A stretch of 64,000 bases of DNA from a virus. The position numbers were made by a program, and so were the translations under genes. Numbering within the stretch: the first letter of the stretch is position 1; each line of letters starts with the position of its first letter. Positions 12,929-21,981 of this stretch are shown piece by piece. The stretch is from positions 1 through 64,000 of the IMG/VR virus record IMGVR_UViG_3300017963_000220. The stretch is one strand, 5' to 3'. The notes beneath the pieces are model-generated. The model did not search any database. It was not told where the DNA came from and was given only the letters and a program-made list of their open reading frames with translations.

Positions 12929-15490
12929 TTGCCTGGAGGGTCACAAGATGGGGATATTAGAAACGTGCGTATAAGGTTCAAATCGAAATGTCGTAAGTGT
13001 CCGCTCCACATAGGCGCGGTAACAAAGTGCATTGGTGGTGAGGGTGTAAGTGACCTACGTGGTGAGGGCCTCTTACTCGTTGGCGAGGCTCCAGGTGAGG
13101 TTGAGGACTACAAGGGGAGACCCTTTGTAGGACCGACAGGAGCAGAGCTTCGTAAGATGGTGAACAGGGTGGTAGATGATCGTATTCCGATCAGATACAC
13201 CAACGCTGTACGCTGTTATCCGGGCAACAATGATGTGAGCCTCGGCGTAGGTCCATGTCGTGAATACCTGTTAGAGGAGATCGCCCAGGTCAATCCGGGG
13301 CGTATCATAGCCTTGGGTAGGCACGCTGTTCAGTCATTGACAGGCTATCGTCTCCCTATCAGTGAGGTTGTAGAGGGTTGGACAAAGAGCACACAGTTTG
13401 GTGTGAAAGTACCGACTCAGTTCGCCTATCATCCGGCGGCTCCACTACACAACAAGTCACTACGGAAGTTCTGGCTTGAGACAACAAAGCGCATGATCCA
13501 GAAGCCACCGCCAGATACCTGGCGGGCGCTCGAGGACGTCAAGATCATCAAGGTTCAGACGGTCAAGAAGGCTCTGGCAGTCTTGGCCGAGGCTATGGAA
13601 CAGGATTATGTAGCTTACGATACAGAGTACAACGACAAGACGAATCGACTCTTGTGTGCATCGTTCTGTTGGGACGTAAACAAGGCTTATGTCTTCAACG
13701 ATATTGTGATGGGCCATTCGTCGATAATAGCAGCCATAGAGCGGCTATTTCAGACGGTCAAGATGGTGGCTCACAACTGGAAGTTTGACGCTTGGGTATC
13801 TGTCAAGGCTCTGGGCATAGATCCAGAGGTCATTCTCCACCCTGGTAGGTGGTGGATTGACACCTCGACGCTGAGAAAGCTCTACCATCCAGAACAGGAC
13901 AGTAACTTGGAGATAGCTGAGTGGCAGGTCGGTATGGGTGGTGGTAAAGAGGAGCTGTTCGAGCTACTCGGGCGAAGTCATAAGGGGCCTTCCTATGAGA
14001 AGGCTTACAATGACTATCCAGACGTAGTGATGCGCTATTGTGGGAACGACGGGATAGGCTGTTATAGGCTTCTGGTTCGGTACTCACAGGGGCTCAAGAG
14101 AGAGGGACTGGCACCATTGTGGAATGATATCTTTGGGCCTCTTGGAGGTCTCCTGTTTCACATGGAATACGTCGGTCTTCAGGTGGACACAGAGGCAATG
14201 GACGCCTTGGACGCTAGGTTACGCGGTTCACTCGAGCGGGAGTTGATCGCTATAAGATCATCCAAAGTAGTCAAGCGTGTAGCAAAGAATTGGGACTTTG
14301 ACGCGACGGCTGACGATTTCAATCCGAAGTCAGCCCACCACATGAGAGAGCTACTCTTCATGAATGAGGAGGGGCTCCGACTAGCACCACGAGGAACAAC
14401 ACCAGGCGGTTTACCGTCAGCGAACAAACACGTAGTAGCAGCCTATAAGAACGACAATCCTGTGATGGGTCACATCTCGGAGTTCAACAGGCTCAAACAC
14501 AAGCACAGTACATATGTCGAGGGCTGGCGTAAGCGCCTCAGCCAGGAGGACAGGATTCACTGTTCCATTCGACAGGACGCCGCGAGGACACAGCGCGTAC
14601 AGGCAAGAGATCCTAACCTCATGACGATCCCTAACAGGGGTTGGGAGGAGGATTTGGCCATACGACGTATGTGTATAGCACATGATCCTGACGATGAGTT
14701 ACTACTCGAGGTGGACTTCTCTCAAGCTGAACTGAGAGAGGCCGCAGACCTGTCCAACGACCCAGCGATGATGGAAGTCTTTCTGAACAGGCTAGACATC
14801 CATAGGAAGACCGCCTCGGAGATTATGGGCGTATCCATGGATGAGGTTGACAAGCTTCAGCGTACCAAGGCGAAGCCTATCAACTTCGGCACGATATTCC
14901 TTCAGTCTTGGAAGGGTCTACAGGAGAACGCCGAGAAGGAATATGGAGTTCATCTCACTGATGATGAGGCAAAGATGTGGCGTAAGGGTTTCTTCAAAAC
15001 CTATCGCGGCTATCAGGTCTGGACCTTCGGTGAGCTGGCTCGAGCGCGTAAGCGTGGATGTGCGTACATCTACCGTAACGGAAAACCATTCGCCCGACGC
15101 TGGCTGTTCAACCTAGGAGAACAGTGGGATAAGGGCAAGCGTGGTCACGCGGAGCGCCAGGTGGTCAACACTCCCATTCAGGGTGGGGCCTCGCTCAAGC
15201 TACTCCACGCTGGCGTGATTCTGAGACGGATGCTTTACAAAGGTGACCTCCCTGGTGTCACTCGAATCGTCTTACCTGTTCACGACTCACTCATCTTTAC
15301 GGTCAGGCGCAAGATGGTCAAGAAAGCCTTCAGGAAGATTGGTAAGGTGATGATCAGTGAACCCACCATCCGGGTACCTATTGAGGTGGAGGGCAAAGCT
15401 GGTCCGAATCTGGCTGACATGAAGCTTGTAGGTGTGATGTCCGCGCTCGACAAGAACAAGCCTAAGAAGGTGAGGATAGCAGTTGTATGA
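12929..15490 (+). CDS. DNA polymerase I family: family-4 UDG-like domain, 3'-5' exonuclease, PolA
   Basis: UDG4 motif GEAPGEVEDYKGRPFVGPTG. Exo motifs YDTEY, NWKFD, YCGNDG. Pol motif A DFSQAELR, B KPINFG, C PVHDS. Start uncertain (TTG12929 or GTG12968). Confidence 0.9.
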   Translation: MPGGSQDGDIRNVRIRFKSKCRKCPLHIGAVTKCIGGEGVSDLRGEGLLLVGEAPGEVEDYKGRPFVGPTGAELRKMVNRVVDDRIPIRYTNAVRCYPGNNDVSLGVGPCREYLLEEIAQVNPGRIIALGRHAVQSLTGYRLPISEVVEGWTKSTQFGVKVPTQFAYHPAAPLHNKSLRKFWLETTKRMIQKPPPDTWRALEDVKIIKVQTVKKALAVLAEAMEQDYVAYDTEYNDKTNRLLCASFCWDVNKAYVFNDIVMGHSSIIAAIERLFQTVKMVAHNWKFDAWVSVKALGIDPEVILHPGRWWIDTSTLRKLYHPEQDSNLEIAEWQVGMGGGKEELFELLGRSHKGPSYEKAYNDYPDVVMRYCGNDGIGCYRLLVRYSQGLKREGLAPLWNDIFGPLGGLLFHMEYVGLQVDTEAMDALDARLRGSLERELIAIRSSKVVKRVAKNWDFDATADDFNPKSAHHMRELLFMNEEGLRLAPRGTTPGGLPSANKHVVAAYKNDNPVMGHISEFNRLKHKHSTYVEGWRKRLSQEDRIHCSIRQDAARTQRVQARDPNLMTIPNRGWEEDLAIRRMCIAHDPDDELLLEVDFSQAELREAADLSNDPAMMEVFLNRLDIHRKTASEIMGVSMDEVDKLQRTKAKPINFGTIFLQSWKGLQENAEKEYGVHLTDDEAKMWRKGFFKTYRGYQVWTFGELARARKRGCAYIYRNGKPFARRWLFNLGEQWDKGKRGHAERQVVNTPIQGGASLKLLHAGVILRRMLYKGDLPGVTRIVLPVHDSLIFTVRRKMVKKAFRKIGKVMISEPTIRVPIEVEGKAGPNLADMKLVGVMSALDKNKPKKVRIAVV

Positions 15491-15831
15491 AACTCAAGGT
15501 CAAGAAACCGAAGAAGGTGAAGCTGAAGCTCACTTCTGAGAAGTCCAAGGGCAAATACTATATGTTGTGGTGGGATCATTACAAGGTATCGCCTAGCTTC
15601 TATCTCATCCCAGCGAAGCGTGTGAGCCCTCGACTCTTGAAGGTACTTCAGCGAGCACACAATAACTTCATTGATACTGAGCGTGGTTACATACCAGATG
15701 ATACTCATCAGATCAGGATGGGGTTGAGCAGATGGTTGGTTCCATATCGAGTGATGGAACATCAGCTCATGTTCGCTCCAGAACTGAAGGTAAACCTACT
15801 TGGTGTCTTTTACACGGGGCAATTAGGATGA
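15487..15831 (+). CDS. hypothetical protein with MKLKVKK leader
   Basis: ATGA overlap with the polA stop. N-terminus MKLKVKKPKKVKLKL. Confidence 0.5.
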   Translation: MKLKVKKPKKVKLKLTSEKSKGKYYMLWWDHYKVSPSFYLIPAKRVSPRLLKVLQRAHNNFIDTERGYIPDDTHQIRMGLSRWLVPYRVMEHQLMFAPELKVNLLGVFYTGQLG

Positions 15832-16031
15832 GATTAGTACAGAAACATTATCCTGGCTATGAGCCAGCTAACGCGGAACACGTCGAGCGTATGGAGAAGT
15901 TCATGAGTGGGGCAGAAACTAAGGAGGAACTCGCCACAGCTTCGGTCCTATATATCTTTGACATGACCTACGCTCGTCAGGACATCGCAACGGTGGTAAG
16001 CGCAATTGAGCGGGAGCGTGGGTGGCGGTGA
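15828..16031 (+). CDS. hypothetical protein
   Basis: ORF 15732.. trimmed to ATG15828, which forms an ATGA overlap. Confidence 0.4.
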   Translation: MRLVQKHYPGYEPANAEHVERMEKFMSGAETKEELATASVLYIFDMTYARQDIATVVSAIERERGWR

Positions 16032-16624
16032 AACTCAAGGTCAAGAAGAAGCGAAAGCCCAAGCCAAAGAAATCCTTCTGGGAGCAACTTCAGGATTTTC
16101 CTTCTGAGGAAGCTACACAGGACGCGCTCAGAGCGATTCCGGATGACATGGCTGAGGCTCTTCAGCTTGAGCCAGCATTATTTCTTGTAGCCACGACGCG
16201 TCTAGCTGGTCTCATGAGCCACTGGTCTACTCGAATGGCCTACGCCAAGGGTAGATTCTCAGCAGCGAAACACGCTCGAGAGATTGGGCTCGAGGCGATG
16301 AAGTCTGACAACCGTCAGATACTCAAGCGCCTGTATGAGAAAGTTACAGAGCCTATGATAGGCGAGAGGGCAAAAGCCAGTGAGGAGTACGCCAGGCTGT
16401 GTCTAGCCGAGGTTGAGGCTGAGACTGACTACATACGCATCAAGGGTTTGGTGGATACGATAGCCACCAAGCGGGAGTCTCTCCGGATCATTTCCTTTTA
16501 TCTCAAGCCTGAGATGGATATAGCATCCGGTTCATATACCGTACCTGATCTGAATCAGATTACCCAGCCATCTGTCCTACAGTCCCTTTTGGAGCAGAAC
16601 CAGGAAAAAATGAAGAAAAAATGA
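16028..16624 (+). CDS. hypothetical protein with KLKVKKKRK leader
   Basis: GTGA overlap with the upstream stop. N-terminus VKLKVKKKRKPKPKK. Confidence 0.5.
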   Translation: MKLKVKKKRKPKPKKSFWEQLQDFPSEEATQDALRAIPDDMAEALQLEPALFLVATTRLAGLMSHWSTRMAYAKGRFSAAKHAREIGLEAMKSDNRQILKRLYEKVTEPMIGERAKASEEYARLCLAEVEAETDYIRIKGLVDTIATKRESLRIISFYLKPEMDIASGSYTVPDLNQITQPSVLQSLLEQNQEKMKKK

Positions 16625-16647
16625 AGAAAATTACCTAACAGGAACAT

Positions 16648-16669
16648 CCTAGGATAGGTAGTATGGGTA
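16648..16669 (+). promoter_or_regulatory. conserved CTAGGATAGG-type motif, copy 3
   Basis: CCTAGGATAGGTAGTATGGGTA, merging into the SD of 16681. Confidence 0.45.
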
Positions 16670-16680
16670 AGGAGGGTCGC

Positions 16681-17556
16681 GTGAAACTAACCGTAGGCAA
16701 GAAGAAAAAGAAACCACTCAAGAAAAAGTCTAAGCTCCTAGGGGAGCGGGAGAGTAAGCGAGTCAAGAAACGAAAGAAAAAGAAGGCAGACGCCAACGCT
16801 TTCGTTCAGCCCACGGCGAAGGCCGCCAAGAAACGCCTTGAAGAGGAAGGCGCAGGTGAGCTGTGGAAACCTCGTGATGGTCTCAATACCATCGTGATGT
16901 TACCATCGACGAGAGCCATGGGCATCTCAGGGGACTTTCCCTGGATCGAGACACGTTCACACTTCATTGGTGGGGAACAAGCCATGACCGCCCTCGGGAT
17001 TGAGCGTCCAGACGACTTCCCGATGGCTGTGGGCTGTGCAAAACACCATGAGAAGCGTACATGTGGCTGGTGTGAGTTTCAACAGAAGCTCCGACAATCC
17101 AGGCACGCTCGAGACAAGAAATTGTCTCGAGCCCTCTTCAATACGCTTTCCTGTTTCGCCAACATCGTCGATATGCGGCAACCGAAGGTGGTACGCCAAT
17201 GGCGTTTCGGACGTCGTGTGGAGACCGAGCTTCTGGTGGCTCTGGAGTCGGGCATCAACTTCGTGGACCCAGACGATCTGATGAAGATCAACATTCGGAG
17301 GATCAAAACTGGTAAGCAAGACTGGAATGTGGAATACAAAGTCAATGTACTCCAACACAAGACAGTCGGGCCTATCAAGACAGTCTGGAAGAAAAACATG
17401 GAGGATCTCTCCAAGTTTATCAATCCTGTTCAGTCTCCCAGTGAATACCAGGAGACCATGGATTTACTCCTAGCCGCCGCTGAGGCTGAGGGAGAGGATG
17501 TGGACTTGGAGGCAGACTACGACGATGACGACGACGATGATGACGTCGACTTCTAG
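16681..17556 (+). CDS. hypothetical protein, basic head and poly-Asp tail
   Basis: ORF 16663.. trimmed to GTG16681 after TAAGGAGGG. Ends DYDDDDDDDDVDF. Confidence 0.55.
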   Translation: MKLTVGKKKKKPLKKKSKLLGERESKRVKKRKKKKADANAFVQPTAKAAKKRLEEEGAGELWKPRDGLNTIVMLPSTRAMGISGDFPWIETRSHFIGGEQAMTALGIERPDDFPMAVGCAKHHEKRTCGWCEFQQKLRQSRHARDKKLSRALFNTLSCFANIVDMRQPKVVRQWRFGRRVETELLVALESGINFVDPDDLMKINIRRIKTGKQDWNVEYKVNVLQHKTVGPIKTVWKKNMEDLSKFINPVQSPSEYQETMDLLLAAAEAEGEDVDLEADYDDDDDDDDVDF

Positions 17557-17569
17557 GAGGACAGCTCCG

Positions 17570-17857
17570 TTGAACCGGAAGTTTTTGGTCTGGAAATATC
17601 TCGTGAGCTGTGGCTTCAGTCACAGGAAAGCAAGAGATATTTGGAACAAGGAAATCTACCCCAAGATAACCAATGACTGGAACGCGCAAGATATCATCCG
17701 AGCCATCAAAGATGGCTGGGACCAACAGGAACTTGAAGACATGAAAGGGTCGCAAGATGAAACTCAAAGGACTGAAGAAAGCGAAAAAGGGTGGGAAGAG
17801 CAAGAAGAAGACCGCCAAGATCGAGTCGATTCCGCCCGAGAACATCCTCATCTGTGA
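17570..17857 (+). CDS. hypothetical protein
   Basis: TTG17570 lies 9 nt after TAGGAGG (17554-60). The acidic tail overlaps the next gene by 101 nt. Confidence 0.4.
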   Translation: MNRKFLVWKYLVSCGFSHRKARDIWNKEIYPKITNDWNAQDIIRAIKDGWDQQELEDMKGSQDETQRTEESEKGWEEQEEDRQDRVDSAREHPHL

Positions 17858-19070
17858 GGCTACCGGCAACAAGGTACGCTTCAACAAAGAGGACGCTCTC
17901 AAGGCGTGTATCGCTGGTGAGCGTCGAGTGTTTTCCTCACGTGAGGTGGCGGCGGGTCACAAGGAGATCGAGGACGCAAAGGGTGTTCGTCACGTTCACC
18001 GAAATTGTATCTTCGCTGATCCGAACAAGAACGTTCGACGCTTCTCCATCAAGGCGGCTGAGTTCCTGGACCTGATGGAATCCATCAAGGAAGAGGGCAT
18101 TCTTCAGCCTCTTCTCGTCCATCGGAACGCGGATCACCTTCCGGCCTTGTACGAGCTTCGAGCTGGCTTCCGTCGGTTCGAGGTGGCCAAGAAGATCGAC
18201 CTGGAGCACATTCCTATCGTGATTCTGGACGATGAGGTCAACCCCAAGGTCGCTGGTATCCTCGAGAATCTCCGTGAGGATATGAAGCCCATCGAGATGG
18301 CTACGGCAATCAAGGCTATCATGGATGAGGGTATCATCGACAAGAAGACCGGGAAGAAGATGAAGTTGTCTCAGCGCAAGGTCGCTAAGATGATCGGTGT
18401 CTCCCAGTCTCGTGTCTCTGATCTCCTCGGCTTGGTGGGTGACCTTCATACGAAGGTATCCCGCGCCGTCACCGATGGTGAGCTTCCCGTGAGCAAGGCC
18501 GCGCTGTTGAAACAGCTTCCGCCGAAGGCCCAGGTCAAGGGCCTCAAACTCGCCTCGGATCTCGACGTGAAGGATCTCCGCAAGTACGTTCAGGACACTC
18601 GTGAGTCGCTCGGACTTCCGCCGCCCGCTCATCAGGCGAAGCCCGCGAAGACCCAGATGAAGGGCAGGAAGTTCAAGGTTCGTCCGGTGGGTGAGCTGTT
18701 CGACGCCTGTCTCGCCGCTGAGAAAGCCTACTTCAAGGGTAAGGGCAAGAAGTCGGTCACAAAGAAGACCGTCGTCGCTGTCCTTCAGTGGCTCGGTGGG
18801 ATGATCGAGAAGCCGACCGACGATCCCGTGGACCCCGTGGAGTTTCAGCGGAAGGTTGAGGAGGAGGCCGAGCGGAAGAAGCAGGAGCGTCTCGAGAACC
18901 TGAAGAAGGGCCGCGAGGCTCGGAAGGCCAAGATCGCGAAGAAGAAGAAGGGTGGCGGAAAGAAAGCCGCCAAGGGCAAGAAGAAGCCACCCGCCAAAGG
19001 GAAGGCGAAAACCAACAAGGCCAAGCTCCCCAAGGTGAAGACCAAGAAGAAGGCCAAGGGTAAGAAATAG
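17757..19070 (+). CDS. ParB-like protein (ParB N-domain plus HTH) with Lys-rich termini
   Basis: EGILQPLLV and LRAGFRRFEVAK (ParB/Srx box). HTH LSQRKVAKMIGVSQSRVSDL. N-terminus MKLKGLKKAKK. Confidence 0.7.
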   Translation: MKLKGLKKAKKGGKSKKKTAKIESIPPENILICEATGNKVRFNKEDALKACIAGERRVFSSREVAAGHKEIEDAKGVRHVHRNCIFADPNKNVRRFSIKAAEFLDLMESIKEEGILQPLLVHRNADHLPALYELRAGFRRFEVAKKIDLEHIPIVILDDEVNPKVAGILENLREDMKPIEMATAIKAIMDEGIIDKKTGKKMKLSQRKVAKMIGVSQSRVSDLLGLVGDLHTKVSRAVTDGELPVSKAALLKQLPPKAQVKGLKLASDLDVKDLRKYVQDTRESLGLPPPAHQAKPAKTQMKGRKFKVRPVGELFDACLAAEKAYFKGKGKKSVTKKTVVAVLQWLGGMIEKPTDDPVDPVEFQRKVEEEAERKKQERLENLKKGREARKAKIAKKKKGGGKKAAKGKKKPPAKGKAKTNKAKLPKVKTKKKAKGKK

Positions 19071-19073
19071 GTC

Positions 19074-19370
19074 ATGCCCGTCAGGGTACCTAAGTCGGAC
19101 CTTTGGCGGGCTATCAGGGCGATGTGTTTTGAGTGTAGAGGAGGCATGACTCGACTCGATTGTAGGGGTCGAGTCTGTCCCTTCTACTTTGTATTGAAGG
19201 CGGCGAAGCTTGATCCGATACTCTGGTGGAAACATCCCTACACATTATGGGAAGCCATGTCGCAGGCAGCACATCGTCAAATGATGGAAGAAGCTACTCA
19301 AAAGAAAAAGGTCCGAATCAAGGTCAAGAAACGACGTAGGAAAAAACGCAAAGTGAAGCTGGTGATCTGA
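19074..19370 (+). CDS. hypothetical Cys-rich protein with basic tail
   Basis: CFECRGG...CRGRVCPFY. Ends KKKVRIKVKKRRRKKRKVKLVI. Confidence 0.5.
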   Translation: MPVRVPKSDLWRAIRAMCFECRGGMTRLDCRGRVCPFYFVLKAAKLDPILWWKHPYTLWEAMSQAAHRQMMEEATQKKKVRIKVKKRRRKKRKVKLVI

Positions 19371-19649
19371 ACCAGATCATTTAGGGCTCTGGGGCTGTGC
19401 AAATCGTTCCTTTGGGTATCGGCCATAATACCCCTCCTTTCATCGAAACAGGGTGGTTCTAATAGCACAGTAGACAGAGAAAGCTGACGAGTGGGTGGGA
19501 GGTCAGCCTTAGGTTATCAGCTACGGCATAGTTATAAGAGGGTTCCCACTAGGGTACGGAGAGTGGGCCGCTGTGGGTCTTCCAGACACACAGCGCGTAG
19601 AGGCAGGACCAGGATGAGGGCGCTGTATCTACCAATTGAAAGGGTCGCG

Positions 19650-20771
19650 ATGGCTAAGGCACAACTGAGTAACACGGATAAGGTCCGTGAGATTCTCAAC
19701 AAAAGCTACGGAGCTGATGTCACCTATCTCATGGCTGATGTCAGCGACGCAGCTGATACCGCTATAGACACAGGTCTGACAGCCTTCGACTATGGGCTCC
19801 TCGGGATCGGTGGGATTCCCCGAGGGCACTTCTTTGAGCTATCAGGGGAGGAGAAGGCTGGAAAGACTACGATGGTTCTACACATGATAGCCGCTTGTCA
19901 GCGTGAGGGCATGGTTCCTCTCGTCATCGATTCAAAGGGCGCTGTCACGACTGATGTGGCTCGCGCCCAGCGGATAGGTGTGGACGCTGACAAGTGTGTT
20001 CTGGTTCCTGTAGACTCCTCGGATGAGGTACTCCAGCGGACGCGGGAGGCTCTAGGCAAATTACAGAAGGAAGACATCGAGGTGGCTTTCTTCTGGGACG
20101 ACATGGGGCTGACTCCTAGTGACGCTGAGATGGCACCTAAGAAGGATAAGAAGACCAAGAAAGAGATCGTCAAGGTGGGCTCGAAGGCTTCCTCTATATG
20201 GAGGTTTTGTCGGTCACTAGCTGGGGCATGTTACAAAGTAGGAGCCCCGATGGTAGTCGTGAATCAGCTCACCGCGAAGATAACGACAGACTGGACAGCA
20301 CAGTACGCTGAGAAGGAACAGACCGCTGGGGGTGGGGGTTTGAAGTACACAGCCCGTATCCGAGCGGAGCTTAGAAAAGGCAAGAAGATCAAGAAGGGTG
20401 GGAACAAGGTGGCTCAGGTCGTCTACGCTCAGACGATAGCGAACGCTTTCTTTCCACCGTTCAAGCGAGTGCAACTCTATCTCGACTTTCGATCTGGGTA
20501 CAATTCTACACTCTCTACACTCCTCAACGCCGAAAAGGCAGGAGTGGTGACAAAGAATCGAGGACTCTTCAAGATGAAGGGAGCCCCACGGGGAACCAAA
20601 GGGGCAAAGCCTGAGGACCTCGATGAAGAGACGTTGTGGGCCATAGAGGCTAGGCTCTGGCCTTGGATGGAAGGTGATTATGAAGCTGAAGACGAAGGCA
20701 GCGAAGAAGACCTCGACGAAGACGAAGAGGCCGAAGAAGACTTCGCCACAGCCTATATCGAAGACGAATAA
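19650..20771 (+). CDS. RecA/RadA-family recombinase
   Basis: ORF 19491.. trimmed to ATG19650. Walker A GEEKAGKTT. Acidic tail. Confidence 0.7.
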   Translation: MAKAQLSNTDKVREILNKSYGADVTYLMADVSDAADTAIDTGLTAFDYGLLGIGGIPRGHFFELSGEEKAGKTTMVLHMIAACQREGMVPLVIDSKGAVTTDVARAQRIGVDADKCVLVPVDSSDEVLQRTREALGKLQKEDIEVAFFWDDMGLTPSDAEMAPKKDKKTKKEIVKVGSKASSIWRFCRSLAGACYKVGAPMVVVNQLTAKITTDWTAQYAEKEQTAGGGGLKYTARIRAELRKGKKIKKGGNKVAQVVYAQTIANAFFPPFKRVQLYLDFRSGYNSTLSTLLNAEKAGVVTKNRGLFKMKGAPRGTKGAKPEDLDEETLWAIEARLWPWMEGDYEAEDEGSEEDLDEDEEAEEDFATAYIEDE

Positions 20772-21981
20772 TCGCTCAGGTCGCTGTGCAATAGCGGCTG
20801 ACTGTCACATCGGTCCTCGAGCTATAGCGGTGGGGACTATCTGGGAACAGAGCCTTGTAGCGAAGCGAATGTTGTGGACGTTCTACGAATTTATGATCTG
20901 GTGTGAGGAGCACAATATCAAGACACCGATCATCGCTGGAGATTTCTTCGACACTCGATTGATTCCACCGAAGTTGGTGGGAGATATCAATGCACAGCTT
21001 CGTCAGTACGCCAACAGGGGTATACGTCCTATCTTCGTCAATGGGAATCACGAAGAGGACAAGTGGAACGGTTCGGCATTACAATACCTCAATGAGGTTC
21101 ACTGTAAGATTGTCAGAGAGCCTAGCGTGATTATGACAGTCGAGGGCACAACAGCTTTGGCTGTTCCGTTCGTTTACGGTCTCAGCGCTGAGGAAGCTTT
21201 GGACAAGGCTCTGGAGGAACTCTCGCTTCACTATGCACCAGATTCGGTGAGGCTACTGGTCGGACACTTCGGTCTGTATAGTGACGGGGCAGCTTTGTGG
21301 GAACAAAACGATAGGCTGTCACTCCACGTCAATCACGTCAAGAAACGCCTAGCTGGAACCAACATTCGTGTTGTAGCTGTAGGGCACTACCACAATCGTT
21401 CACACTACGAGTTTGATGATCTTGATCTGTATCAGATCGGCTCCCTCAGTCCTCGGAACTTTGGCGAGTCCGGTGCTGCCTACGGTAACATACTCGAGGT
21501 GGATGGTCTCGCTAACAGTGACGAAATAGGGGCTACTCATTACCTGGGGGCCTGTGCAGGTGTCCGGTATGTAGCTCACCCTGACCAGTTTCGTGGTCAT
21601 TTCATCAAGGAACTGGAGCTAGAACCCGTCAAACGTTGTTGGTACATAGCACGTGACGCTCTTCAGTCCTTTCCGATTTCTGTTCCCGTGGTCTCTAAAC
21701 CAAAGGAGATCATGGAGGTTCAGAGCGGAGCGTTTACCTCAGCGAGGTATGATAAGCAGCACGAGAAGCCGTACTACGATGGCGACGAGATCGGCCCTCG
21801 GGGTATCTCGTCTCAGCGAGCTGTACAGCATTTTGTTCAGAGGAAGATGACCACGGGTGAGTTCAAGGGACCTATTCCTGGTCTAGCTACTGAGGCTGTG
21901 AGCCGCACAAAAGGAACTGAGGGTAACTCGGTTGTGACGGCTCCCAGGCTAGAGAATCCGGTACCATGGAAATTGCATTGA
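20680..21981 (+). CDS. Mre11/SbcD-family nuclease
   Basis: Phosphoesterase motifs DCHIG, GDFFD, GNHE, GHFG, GHYH. MKLKTKAAKK leader overlaps the recA-like tail. Confidence 0.8.
   Translation: MKLKTKAAKKTSTKTKRPKKTSPQPISKTNNRSGRCAIAADCHIGPRAIAVGTIWEQSLVAKRMLWTFYEFMIWCEEHNIKTPIIAGDFFDTRLIPPKLVGDINAQLRQYANRGIRPIFVNGNHEEDKWNGSALQYLNEVHCKIVREPSVIMTVEGTTALAVPFVYGLSAEEALDKALEELSLHYAPDSVRLLVGHFGLYSDGAALWEQNDRLSLHVNHVKKRLAGTNIRVVAVGHYHNRSHYEFDDLDLYQIGSLSPRNFGESGAAYGNILEVDGLANSDEIGATHYLGACAGVRYVAHPDQFRGHFIKELELEPVKRCWYIARDALQSFPISVPVVSKPKEIMEVQSGAFTSARYDKQHEKPYYDGDEIGPRGISSQRAVQHFVQRKMTTGEFKGPIPGLATEAVSRTKGTEGNSVVTAPRLENPVPWKLH

Noticed and set aside
12268-13032. 254-aa minus-strand ORF with a ~100-residue poly-Ser run.
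   Set aside because: It is the reverse-complement reading of the GAA/GAG/GAC tract of the + strand polyacidic gene, and it crosses a strong + strand terminator.
17937-19235. 432-aa minus-strand ORF, the largest antisense ORF in the track.
   Set aside because: It lies entirely opposite the + strand ParB-like gene, which has clear ParB box and HTH motifs. Its translation is Leu/Arg/Gly-rich low-complexity sequence with no RBS. It is a shadow ORF.
19298-19426. 42-codon minus-strand ORF with a perfect AAAGGAGGGG SD.
   Set aside because: It would be the only minus-strand gene in 64 kb, it overlaps the 3' end of a + strand gene, and its product is Phe/Leu/Arg-rich. It is reported only as a low-confidence note inside a finding.
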